DNA from: Eledone cirrhosa
Lineage: Eukaryota
NCBI GenBank assembly: GCA_964016885.1
Contig: OZ024746.1
Location: 18,662,001-18,726,000, forward strand
DNA length: 64,000 nt
Reading direction: 5' to 3'
Below, one piece after another: positions 37,701 to 51,100 of the stretch. The translations under genes were made by a program, and so were the position numbers. Each line of letters starts with the position of its first letter. Within the stretch, counting starts at the first letter, position 1. The notes beneath the pieces are model-generated. The model saw nothing but the letters and a program-made list of their open reading frames with translations, was not told the DNA's origin and did not search any database.

Positions 37701-40700
37701 TGTTGGAACTTGGATATTTGTCTATTGTTGCTTCAAATGGTTTTACAGTTGGAGGCTTATTCTATTGTCAACAACTTGTAACCATAGCTCTTCATTCACA
37801 ATCATCTTTTAGCATCCACTTTTTCTCAAGTGGGCCAGGACTTTATTTGCACTCTACAAAGTACATGTATTTTATCATGGCACCAGCATTAGAGAGGTTG
37901 TCAAATCCTTGACACGACTAAAAATATTCTCTCAACCCTTCGTTTGGTAAATCTTCTATGACTGAATATCCTTCCTATCACCAACCACTTTACAGTGCAT
38001 ACTGAGTGCATTTTATCATGTCACCAACAACACTAGAGATATTATTATGTTCATGACACAGCCAAAATGTGCTCTCAACATATTTTTGACCTGTTTTCTA
38101 CATATGAAGCTCAGTATTATCAGTACTAAAGTAGCTACTTATTCCCAAGTTATCCTTGGTCTACCTATCCATTTGATATATTCCAACATGACTAACACAA
38201 CACATTTTTCACTAAGTGTACTCACTTATGTTTCCATACTTTATTACCAATACTGTTTCTTGTCTTTTAGTGACACTATGTGGAGTTTGTACGCTCTGGA
38301 ACCATACAGTGCAATGGATACTTACAAAGATCTGGTAAGTTCCTTTCAAGAATTTTCACATTCAAAACAAAAAAAAAAAGAGGCTTTATGTTAAACAGTA
38401 TAAATCAGTATTAGATCTGAAAACCACTAATTTGTGACGTAATCACTCCAATGAATTTATAGTATGATGCACAGACAGGGTTGGGGGAATCTCTCCAGGA
38501 GGCATGTGTGACAGTGATTCAAGATCTATGACAGAGCTGTATAAGGGAGTGGTCAGGACTATGGCCCTGTAGAGGCTGTACTTTGTCTCTCTTTTGAGTT
38601 TGTTATTTATCCACACCCTCTTGTGAAGTCAACCAAAGGAACTATTAGCTTCAGCTAATCTGTTGTCCAATTCCTTGTCGATTCTACTATCGGTGGAAAT
38701 GACACCCTTAAGATAGCAGAACTACTGTACTGTATTCAGCTTGGCCTGCTTTGATGGAAATATTTGGTGGATGGTATACATCCTGGGGAGCTGGCTGGTG
38801 AAGGACTTTAGTCTTCTTCAAGCTGATTTCTAGGCCAAAGAGGTCAGAAACATTTGTAAATCATGAAGTAAGGTGCTGCATGGCTCTTTCAGTGTGTGCA
38901 ACGAGTGCAGCATCATCAGCAAACAGGAGCTCTCAGATCAGGTTTTCTGTGGTCTTGGTGTGCGCCTGCAAATGGTGCTGGTTAAAGAGGCTTCGATCAG
39001 TGTGGAATCTGATGTAGACATCTCTTGCTGGTCTTTCATGGCTTTTTACAGTATCATGATGAAAAATAATTAGAACAAGTCAGGGCTAGAGTACAACCTT
39101 ACTTCATGTTGGTGATTTGTAAAAGCTGGAATGGGTCCTTCTCAAGTCTGACTTGTCCTTGCAAGAATCATTTGCTGCAATACTCTTCCACCAAATGCAG
39201 AAAGAAATTTGCCTCTCACTTACTTATCAACCTTGGAACAGAGATAATAATAGCTTATGCAATAGACAGCAGGAAAACATGAAGAAAGAATCTTTTTGTA
39301 GGTTTTAGAAAGAGAAAATATTTTTTATTTTCTTCCATTTTAAGTATCTATTTTATGAATAAGATTTCTATTTAATTATTTTTGTTTTTAGCTATTTTTC
39401 TTTTTCTTTCTTAAATGCAATTAAATTGTGAATGTTTGGATATTTAGTAAAAAAACATTACATTTTCTTTTATTTAATTAATTATTAGATAATCTTAGAA
39501 TATTATAAAACATTTGTTCTTTTGTTTGTTTTTCTATGATTATCAGATGTGGGTAAGTAAATATTTAACAGCAGTTTCCTGTGTTGGCATATGGTCAGCA
39601 TGTTCATGTGCTTCATTTCTCCTGTATGCATTGTTTTTATAGAACAGCTTGTTGTATTTAAATGTTTCTGTTTCAAGCAATGGATTTCAGCAATCAGTCC
39701 AGTTTATTCTTGTATGTCATTAATTATATTTTAATTGTTATATTGTGTTTTGGTTTCCATACTTGCTAAGAGTCAGTCAATTAATCCGTTGCCTGGTTTA
39801 ACCCCACCTAACCTTTCTATATTGTATGCATCATTAAAAATATGATGGTTTAGCATTACTTAAAAGTATAAAATCTATCTCAAAACCAGAGACTCACTAG
39901 GCTGGTGCTTATCCTGGTTCCTGTGGTGTGAAGCAATGAGAGTACGAGACTCCCTACTGGACAGGATTCCAGTCCATCACAGAGTTAAACCCCCAACTAA
40001 TGCTGCTACTCATTTTCAGCTGAGTATATTGGAGCAATGTGAAATGAAATGTTTTGCTTAAGAACACAACATAGTCCAGGAATTGAACCCACAACATTAT
40101 GATCATAAGTCCAATACCCTTACCACTAGGCCATGCGCCTCCACTATCTAGACCTATATTGTATGCATCACTGAAAACATGACTGAGCTCAAATTTTTAC
40201 TTTTTTTTTATATTACGGATTTAAAAAATATTTCCTCATTCATTTTATATCTTGTTGGAAACAAATTTCTGTTGTCCCAACATTATTTTAATGCTTATTT
40301 AGTTTTATCTTCTGAATGGAAGAATTTTGGAGGCATTTGCTTCTGCCATTTTTATTCAAGGCAAGTATCATAGTAATGTTGTTAGGTTTGTTTATAATTC
40401 ATTATCACCAAGAATGCTGGAAGTCTCCATTGTCTCAGGCTTAACTACAAACCTATCAGAGAATGGCTGATACTTTGAGTTTGCCCTCTTCAGCTTGGTA
40501 GGCAGCTGCGAAGCTTAGGCTGGTAGCTGAATGCACCAAGTTGCAGCTTGTTTTCTGATGGAATTTCATTTTGCTCTTTTATGTTTTGTTCAGGAAATAA
40601 TTCTAGATAAAATATTATTAAGACATTCTACATAGTCAAATTTTCAGAAACATTTTTTTTACTAAATAGTAAAATACATTGTAATGCAAAGTTAATTGGA

Positions 40701-43700
40701 AGACTTCTGTGAAGTTGCAGCAAAGATGTAATTATTTTGTGGGAAGAAGCATATTAATAAGATAAAGAAAATATTAGGAAGTATTTAAGGACCTTGTGAA
40801 TGTTTACTTTTTTTCACTCTGCTTCTCCCACAGAAATGACAATGAAAGGAGGAGCATATTCTATTTGTATCTTTTTCTCTTAGAAAATAATGGTTTTTGA
40901 TTTAGGCACAAGGCCAACAATTTTGGGGGAGGGGAAAGTCAATTAAATCAACACCAGTGCATTACTGGTACTTTATTTTATTGTCCTCACAAGGATGAAA
41001 GGCAAAGCTAACCTCAACAGGATTTGAACTCAGAACGTAAAGGGACGTAACTATATGCCACAAAACATGTCCGACACCCTACCGATACTGCCAATCCACT
41101 GCCTTACCTTAGAAAATAATTAGCTACTTTTATATTTATATGTTTTCTTCTACTTTACATCAATCTGTTGTTTAGATTTGGGGAATTTATCTCAGTACTT
41201 GACTTTCTTATTTTTGTTTTGGTATTTTTACAATGAATGCAGGGGTGGGGGACTTGGATGATTAAATATGTGTCTTGTATTTTCTGTCTTTTTTATTTTC
41301 TTGAAATGCCTTGTTTTTGTTCTTTGGTGGAAGGACACTTTATTACTTTCAATTTTCTTTTTTAAATATCTGCATGGAATTATTAATGTCACATGAAAAT
41401 AACAGTTTGAAAAATAATTGTTTATGGTATCTGTTTGATGAAATTTTGAAATTTTTTGTTCATATTCTAATATTAATAATGAATAACACACATAGTTGTG
41501 TTATAAATAGTGTATATAAATAGTGTATATTTGCTGTCCAAATAAATAGTTTTAATAGAATGTATACAAATAAACACAATTTATATTTGGAAATTTATAT
41601 AGAAAACAAATGAATATATATATGTGTTGAACAATGAACTGATTAAGTACCAATCTTTGCCTTTTGTTTTCATTGTTATATATATATATAAGCCAGAATC
41701 AGTTCCCGTATGAGCAAGACAAGGTCAGCCGACTGGACACTGCCCACAACAGGACAACCCGTCTAACCCATGCTAGCATGGAAGAACAGACATAAAACGG
41801 TGATGATATATATATATATGACTCTGTAGCTTGTTTAGAATGCACAGTGGAAATTGATATGATGAAAACTTACTACAGAAACAAAAACTCTCATCACCTG
41901 ATCTCATTGGAATTATTACTTCAAGACTACATGGAGTTCTAACAACGTTATTGGCCTAATCATAGATTGGTATATATCAGCAGAAAAAATGAAGGAAAAA
42001 GCAGAAGTCATGTGCACTCAATTAGATACCACAACAAGGGTTGCTGGAATTTCACTGTAATAATTTTTGAAGCAAGCCAACACACTCGCAGTTAAGCATC
42101 TGGAATAACCAAGCACTCTTACCAAAAGCATCACTTGATATGTCAGTCAGATGAGCTGCCAATGATAACAAAAACTTCATTGTCCATAGCCCAGCTTCCC
42201 CAAACATCTCGAATGCTACAGGCAAAAAAAACAAAACAAAAAAAAACTAGTTTGTCAATAATTCCTGGTATTTTAAAATGTTTTTTTCCATTTGGCTTTG
42301 GAAGCTTGACCCTCACCAGCTGCTACTTCTCTGAATTAAGAGATCCCAGCTCTGATATTACAGGCATGGGTTTAGAATATCTTGGGAAAGAATCGCTGGA
42401 CAGATTTTATGGGCAAAATCAACTGGCAGTAGACCCAGGGGTAGACCCCATGCAAGATAGTTGGGTAACATCCATGAGCTTGGCTTGTCTTGTTTGGGGA
42501 TCCAGCCGGATCAATTGGAGACAGTTACTTCTGACAGGACCTGCTGGAAGGATTGTTTGAGGACTCTGCCCCCACGACCCTCTTATGAATAAGTGGGTGA
42601 AGAAGAAAATTAATCTGATGAGGTTGTTTGTTTTGAATTCAATTGAAAGACTAGCAAATCTAAAATTTAAAGAGAAATAATACAGTAATGTGTTGTATAG
42701 ATGAGTTTAGCTATATAAACTAAGCTACTATCATGAGAATATATCTTATGTATCTTAGTAATTTTATAATTTTGTTCTTTAAACAATATTTTGTTTATTA
42801 CATGCTTATTATCAACATTTTACTAAGTTCATGAGAAGGAGCATGAGGAACATTATTGCTTGTAACTTAAACTTTGGGTCATCATTTACATTATTAAGTC
42901 TGTTATAATAATGCATCTTTCTATCCATTGATCCTTTTACTGAGTTTATTATATAGTCTGATTATTTCTCTTACTTGTCAGAAGTCTTTCCTTTGTAATT
43001 GTTTCCACCTATTTCTTAATGTTGTTGTGGGTAGGCTGTGTCTTTAAATCTAAATATTCAAATAAAAATTGTTAGAGTTAGTATTTTTACCGTAAGATGA
43101 CTTTATTGCTGCTTATTATTCATCTATGAGATCGGAGGAATGTATAATATTTGGGTAAGCTTTAGAATTTGATTACACTAGTTCTATTGGAAAGGATATG
43201 GCAGTCAGATCTTCCCAGAAAAATCAAAATATCATTCATCAGAACATTTGTTGAGTTAGTGTTGTATGGATCAGATACATGGAACCTGACACAATCATTT
43301 GAGTCAGTGTTGTTGTATGGATCAGATACATGGAACCTGACACAATCATTTGAGTCAGTGTTGTTGTATGGATCAGATACATGGAACCTGACACAAGCAT
43401 TTAAGTCAGTGTTGTTGTATGGATCAGATACATGGAACCTGACACAAGCATTTAAGTCAGTGTTGTTGTATGGATCAGATACATGGAACCTGACACAATC
43501 ATTTGAGTCAGTGTTGTTGTATGGATCAGATACATGGAACCTGACACAAGCACTTGAGAAGAAACTAGATGGTACATACACTAAAATGCTGAAGGTTGTA
43601 CAAAACATAAACTGGTTTCAACATATTACAAATGAAAGTTTATATGGAAACTTTCCCAAGATAACAACTACAATTGCTGAAAGATGGTTAGGATTTGGAG

Positions 43701-45115
43701 AACATTGCTGGAGAAGTATTGCTGGAGAAGTATGCAGGATATACAAGCTACTATTGTAGGAACTAAGTCATGGGAGATGTAGTAGAAGAAGACCTGCTTG
43801 AATCTTCATCAACCAACTCTCATGATATTAACCTTAGTAGGGAGCAGTTGCCAGGAGCAATGGAAAATTGTGAATGTTTGACTGTGGTCACAATGATAAT
43901 GAGTTCTATTGATTATACAAATATTATACATTTTAGTAAACTATAGAAATAGTGTAATCTATTGCTTATGGCAATATTTTGAAAATTACAATTTTTTAAA
44001 AGTATATTTTAACTATAGGATCCTAAATTTATCCTAATTGCATTCATGTTGTATTCCAATAGAACTTTGATTTTTTTTTTTTTAGTTTTAATCAAGCCTT
44101 GTTTCATATAGAAAACATTTCAAACATTTTACTAAAATAGTTTTTTTAATTAGATTAAACACATTCTGTTTTAAATTTAATACATCTCTCTCTCCCTCTC
44201 ACAGATATTATGTACGAGAGAACAAAGTTTGCTTTAAAACATTTTTATTAATTATCAGACATGACACATGTTTTGCAGGTGATTAGCTTAAGGATGTTGT
44301 TATTGTTGATGTTGTTGCGGTTATCGTTGTTGTCATGGAGCTGGTGTCACCTACATATCACTTCATTAAAATATGTCATTAATATATTAAGGACAGTGGA
44401 TTAGCGGTAATTGGTAGAGCGTTGGACAAAATGCTTTACAGCATGGAGTTACATCCTTTTACATTCTGAGTTGAAATCGCGCCAAAGTTAGCTTTGCCTT
44501 TCATTCTAATGGGGGCCAATAAAATAAAGTATCAGTAATATACTGGGGTCGATTTAATCGACATTCCACTCTCCCACAATTATTGGCTTTGTGCCTAAAT
44601 CAGAAACCATTGATTGGCAGTATCGGTAGAAGGTCGGACGCCATGCTTTGATGCATAGAGTTACGGCCCTTGCCATTCTGAGTTCAAATCCGGCCGAGGT
44701 TAACTTTGCCTTTCATCCTTACGGGGTCGATAAAATAAAGTACCAGTAATACACTGGGTAATTGCTGGCCTTGTGCCAAAGGTGGAAACAATTATTAATA
44801 TAATATTAAGATAGAAGATGCGACTGATGTTCTTGTCTGTAAATGAGGTGATTAATCTCATTTATGTGTGTTTTCAAGTCCAGCAGTTGCAAGAGTGGCG
44901 GGGATCGTCCCGATGAGAACCAGTTAAGTTTGAAATGTATCGACGATTGTCCCCCTTGCTTCTGCTGGACCCCCAGAGGGCGATAGCGCCTGGTGTTTTG
45001 CATAGCTACGGCTTTCTAAATGTTTATCTGTAAACATACCATATTTCTTTAGAAATACAAAATTCCAATACACATATATATATATATATGTATGTATCTA
45101 TCTATATATATATAT

Positions 45116-45148
<33 letters not shown>

Positions 45149-48100
45149 GAAACTATTGTGTACAGTGCTCAGGTGCACTACAACTCATCAAAGGTGCATG
45201 TATAGTACATAGAATAATGTATAGATGTCAGGAAAGTGAACAGTGTATGAGTCCTGATATACATGTGTGTAAGGAGCGGGGGAGGGGGGGGTATCAGGTG
45301 TAGTGAGGGCGAATTTCAGGAAGTATGGAGGTTTTAAAGGATGCAGTGTCGGATGCAGGTAGTTATATATGTGTGTGTGTGTGTGTGTGTCAACAAAGGG
45401 TAAAGAGGAAAACGCCTGAGGGTAGTGCTCTGCATGAACTGTATACTTACAAATAGAATCTCATCATATTCAGACGCCAAGAATATTTTGTATGTGTATA
45501 TATATATATATTTAGTCTTTGTCTCTACCTGTTTTGTTATGTCTCAGGTGCTTGAATTTGAATAGTGCATAGCAACCAATCCTGACATTAAGGTGTTCTG
45601 GAGATATGTACATTCAAGGCAGAGACCTCACTCTCCAGTTGGTCCTCTTCGCAATCCCCACACAAGCCAGATCCCTGACGATCCCAAAGAATGCGCAGAA
45701 CTCATTGCTGAGTGCTATGCAAGCATTTTTACTGTTGAAAACCAGAATGTACCATCTCCACCATCTCTAACATCAAATTCCATAACAACTATGGAATTTA
45801 CACCTGCAATGTCACCTTAAGAATAAGCGCAACTAAGCCTCCCCTGGTCTTGATGGTGTTACATACCTGTTTCTCAAACGTGGCGGGTACTTCCTTTTGC
45901 ACCAGCTTTCTTTCTTCTTTCAATACTGTCTCAACAATGGTGCTACTCCGGAGCAGTAGAAAACTGCCAGTGTCAGTCACCTGTCAACTATCGTCCAGTC
46001 AGTTTTACCAGCTGTATTGCCAAACTGATGGAATCCTGTGTCAGAGAAACACTTTGGAACTTCTGGAGCTCTCACAGCTTCATCCGGCCCTCACAATCTG
46101 GATTTATCCCTAACTCCAGCTGCTGTGATCAGCTTATCGAGTTCCTTTAAGACATTACCCGGATCACTGACAGCGGCTCATGGGTGGATGTTGTTTACCT
46201 TGACTTCGCTAAGGTTCTTAATTCTGTGCCACACAAAAGACTTATGGCGAAACTCTCTGCAATGGGTGTGAAGGATGATCTTTTTAACTGGTTGAAATCC
46301 TTCATTCTCAGCCGAAAAGAGGTAGTCACGGTTCTAGGATAGCATTCTTTTCTTCACCATATGAGATGTCATCTGGTGTACCACAGGGATCTGTTCTTGG
46401 TCTCCTTTTGTTTGTGGCATATATTAATGACATAGATGCCAACTTACAGAATGCCACAGTACTGAAATATGCAGATGACATCAAGCTGTACCTTGAAATC
46501 AAAAGGACTGATCCTAAAATCTATAACTCTTTCCTACAATCAGACCTGGACACAATGCAGCAATGGATCACAGACTGGCAACTGAAGCTGGCTGTGGACA
46601 AGTGTACCACCATGCATTTTGGGAGGAAAAATCCAGTGTCCACATACTCCCTCCACAACACTGATATCAAGATGTCCTCTTGTGAACGTGACCTGGGCAT
46701 TACTGTCAGCAGCGATTTGCGTTGGACAAAGCACATCTCTAAAATTGTCAAGAAGGCCGAGGGTGTCTTGGCATCACTCAGCAAGACCTTTGTTACCCGC
46801 TCTCCAGCCATCTACTTAAAGCTGTATACAGCTATGGTACAACCACACTTGGAACTCGCATCATCAGTCTGGAACCCCTATCTTGCTCAGAACATTGACC
46901 TCCTGGAAACTGTTCAGAAACGTACAACCAAGCGCATACCCTCCATCAGACACCTACCATACTCTGAACGCCTTGCTTCCCTGGGCATGGATTCATTGAA
47001 GCTCCGACGTCTGTCAATGGACTTGGTAAACACCCACAAAGTTATTAACCATCTCGCCAACAACAACCCTGAGCACCTTTTTGATCTCCATGTGTCTAAC
47101 ACACGTGGACATGCCTACAAAGTCAGAAAACAGCACAGCTCCCATGACTTTTGAAACATTTTTTCACGCTTAGAGTTGCTGAAGCATGGAACAAACTGCC
47201 TGCATCAGTTGTTAGCTGCCGAGACACTGCATCCTTTAAAACCTTCATGCTTCCCGAAATTCGTCAAAACTACACCTGATGTCCCCCTTCCATACACATG
47301 CACACATGTGTATATCATGACTCATGCTCTGTTCATTTTCCTGACGTTTGTACATTACCCTATGTACTATACATACACTTTTGATGAGTTGTAGTGCACC
47401 TGAGCACTGTACACAATATTTTCATTATTATTATAGATTGACTGAGGAGATGGGACTGTCTGTTTTGCCATTGTGTTTTTTCCATTGTCTTTGTCCCCTG
47501 CACACCCTGTTTTGAATTCATACTCTAAAGACTTAGCTATGCAGGCTTTTTTAAAAACTATATATATATATATATTCTGGTGTTTTTTGCCCTCAATGTG
47601 TGTATTTTGCTTCTATACAATATCATATTTCACATACAGCCTTTCTAATGTTACATAATAAAATTGATGAAATATCATATTTAGTTGCTTTATGTGATCT
47701 GCTTTTTCCATTTTGAAATATGTTTCATTTAGTTTGCTGTACTGCTTGTCTTCCAACCATGTTTCTTCAAATTTTTATTTCATTTCTTAGTTTTTCTGCC
47801 TATCATCCCCCTAAACATATAGTGTTACCCTAAGATCTAAACATAACATAGAGTGTTTAAAATCTAAACAATTGCTTTCATTGAGCTTTCATACAACAAT
47901 AAAAAAAAGAACTAACAAAAACAAAACCTCTGAATTACATCTGTTTTCTCAGTTTATTTACTTAGTTACAAAGCAAGATTTTTGTTTTGTAGCATGCAGA
48001 GTTTGAAATTTAGTTAGAAATAGAAACTTTCATCATATGTAGACTAAAGAAAATTAGCCTGATAGAGGGTTTTAAACCCACTATCAGGCTGATTAGAAAA

Positions 48101-51100
48101 TAATGAAAAATTTTCTTCAGTCTAAATATGACAAAAAATATGGCAAAAGTTTCTATTTCTAACTAAATTACTTAGTTCCATACCTTAGCTGTAAAAACAA
48201 AAGAGATTGATAAAATGTGCCAGATTTAAAAAAAAACATTGGAGACAATATGATCAATTAAATCTCTTCAACATGGTACTCCTGCATGGCCACAGTCTAA
48301 TGAGTGAAACCAGTAAAGAATATATATATGAAAGAGAGACAGATAGATTCATATAATAGTTATAAAAGGATTAAGATGTCACAGCAGAATCAAATAACTG
48401 GATATCTTGTATTATAAAAGTGACAAGATAGTCTGTTTTTAGCATCATGTCTCAATGGCTCGGCCTGCTTAGTTGTAATTAGCTACCATGGTATACTTAA
48501 TTATATAACACCCTCCTATTAAGCAGATATTGCATTATATAATTGAATATTATTTTAGCTTGTAATAATGATCTAAAAATTCTTCAGCACAAAATATCTT
48601 CACTAAACTTTAAAGTTAGTGATGTAGTGTAAGGATAGGTATCATGATGATTGAAAGAACAATTGAAGTTGTATGACCTGTCTCCATTATAATTTCATTA
48701 TTGATCACACCATGGTCGGTGGATTGGCAGTATCGGTAGAGGGTCGGACGCCATGCTTTCCAGCATAGTTACGTCCCTTTACGATCTGAGTTCAAATCCC
48801 GCCGAGGTTGACTTTGCCTTTCATCCTTACGGGGTCGATAAAATAAAGTACCAGTAATGCACTGGGTAATTGCTGGCCTTGTGCCTAAAGTAGAAACAAT
48901 TATTGATCACACCATGACATCATAGAATTACAGCTAAAATTATGAACTTTCTGCCTGAAGAAGACAGAATAAGCATAAGTTCATCTGGTTTTATGATTTT
49001 TTTTATTTGTTATTTAATTATAAAACAGCAATATAAAAAAGTATATTTAAAAAAATTTTTGTTTGGTTTTCCAGTGCTGCTGAAGCAAAATTTTAACAAA
49101 CTTCTTGCAAGAAACAAAAATCATTTGTTAATCATGATTTAAGTCTATGTCCTCCATTGTTTTTGACACATTGTAGTGCTTTCAGTGGTTTTAGCTCTTC
49201 TCTCTTTGCTGAAGAAAGTTTAAATGAGATGGAAAGCACCAGAGAGGCAAAATAAATTTTATTCTCCTGTCACATAATTTATTTATTTATTTTACATTAT
49301 TGACACTCCTAACCGCTTCTTTCTTTGGAATTTCCTTTAGATTGTGTTTTCAACGAAATATCAAGACAGTGTCCAAGAAGCATACCTCCATGTGCTACAA
49401 GAAGCCAACTTGATTTTGAGGGGTCCAGTTGTAGACTCTGAAATAGAATATTTAGAAGAATATCAAAATTTATTTGCCGAATCCTGCCAGAAACTCGGAG
49501 ATTTCTATGCCTGGTACTTTAACCATTGTCTATTTAAATTATTATTTTCATATGAGATTAAACAACACTCTGACATAAAAGAAGCACTTACTGTATATAT
49601 TTAAATATAATCTGAGGAATATGTGACAAAAAAATTGGGGATAGAAAGTGGGGTTGGCTTATATTTGGTGTCGATATTTTGACAATTTTTACCAAATTCA
49701 AATTCTATTTAAATAAAGTTTGAATTTTTGCCCATTTTTGCCCATTTCTCAGCTTATATATACAGTATATTTTATTAGGCATATTAAAAAATATTCTACT
49801 TTTTTTCATCAGGCACCCTTGTTCAGACTGGAAACTTTGTCTACCATATTACAATATGGCTGGGATTAGTCTAAAAGATGCTTTACAGAAAGCTTCTAAT
49901 ATTAATGAAAAAGATCAGGTATGTTTGTAAAATCTTATTTAAAATTTAAGAAACATTGTAAAATAAATTGGTTTAGTGATTAGCATCAGCTTTTCATTCT
50001 TTAATGGTCAGTGAAATATGTAACTACACTATTCAGAAAGTCCTTGTTTAATTTTGCTTTGTTTCAAACTAATATAGTAATGAAAAACACAAGATTATTA
50101 TTATTAATCATGTATACGTAGCTAATCACTTGGACATTTACAAAGCACTGAGAAGATATAGTTAATATAAAGAGTGATGTGCTGGAAAAGAAGTTGCCAT
50201 CGGCCTGTATCTGGGAGACATGGGGTTTGATTCTTCATAGCAGCCAATGGCAACTTCTTTTTCCATCTTTAAAGTGTCTTCACCCTATTTTATAAGCTAT
50301 TTTATAGCATCTCTGTGCATGAATACATAATTCTTTATATTATTATTATATTTTTAAATTCTGAAAAATTAAATTCTGAAAATACTCCAGAGTGTTTATC
50401 AAATTGAAACTAATAAGTTTCTAACTTTCAAAGTTTATGATAATATTTATAATTTTTTTAATCTATTTATTTATTTTGTTTGAAAATTGAATTGGAAGAC
50501 TTCGCTGTAACTTTGACTGAATAAAATAGTCTAATAACAGGGTACATAAGCCCACTCACAACAGGGTGTATAAACTCAATGAATGGAAAAAGATGGGTAT
50601 TAGCACATTAATGCCCATCTTTTTCCCTTCGGTAGGTTTGTACAGTGGGTTTATACACCTTGTTATTGTTATTAGTGAGTCTATACACCCTGTTATTATT
50701 AGACTATTTTATTAAGTCAAAAGGTTACGGCGAAGTCTTCTAATTCAATTTTCAAACTCTGCTCACCATTTTCTAAACATATGTTCTTTATTCTGTTTCA
50801 TTTTATATTTTAGGGGATCTCTTTTAAACATGGTAAAGGTTTTCTCCATTATCTGAAAAGGAAGATTTTTGGAAATCCTGATTCTTTAAATCTAAGCACT
50901 GTAAGTATTTTCTGTTTCTTAGCAACATGTTTGGAGGTGGTGAATTAGCAGTATCATTATGGCATTGGGTTAAAGATGCCTTGGTATATGTTCCAGCTCA
51001 CTGCACTCTGTATTTAAATCCAGCTGAGGTCAACTTTACTTTTCACCCTTTCAAGGTCACTAAAGTACTGGGTTGAGTCTATCTTTTTTGAGTCTACTTT

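Noticed and set aside
38335-49340. Nested gene in the 11-kb HPS3 intron
   Set aside because: All recognisable coding-like segments are TE-derived, and the flanking exons join in phase without extra exons.
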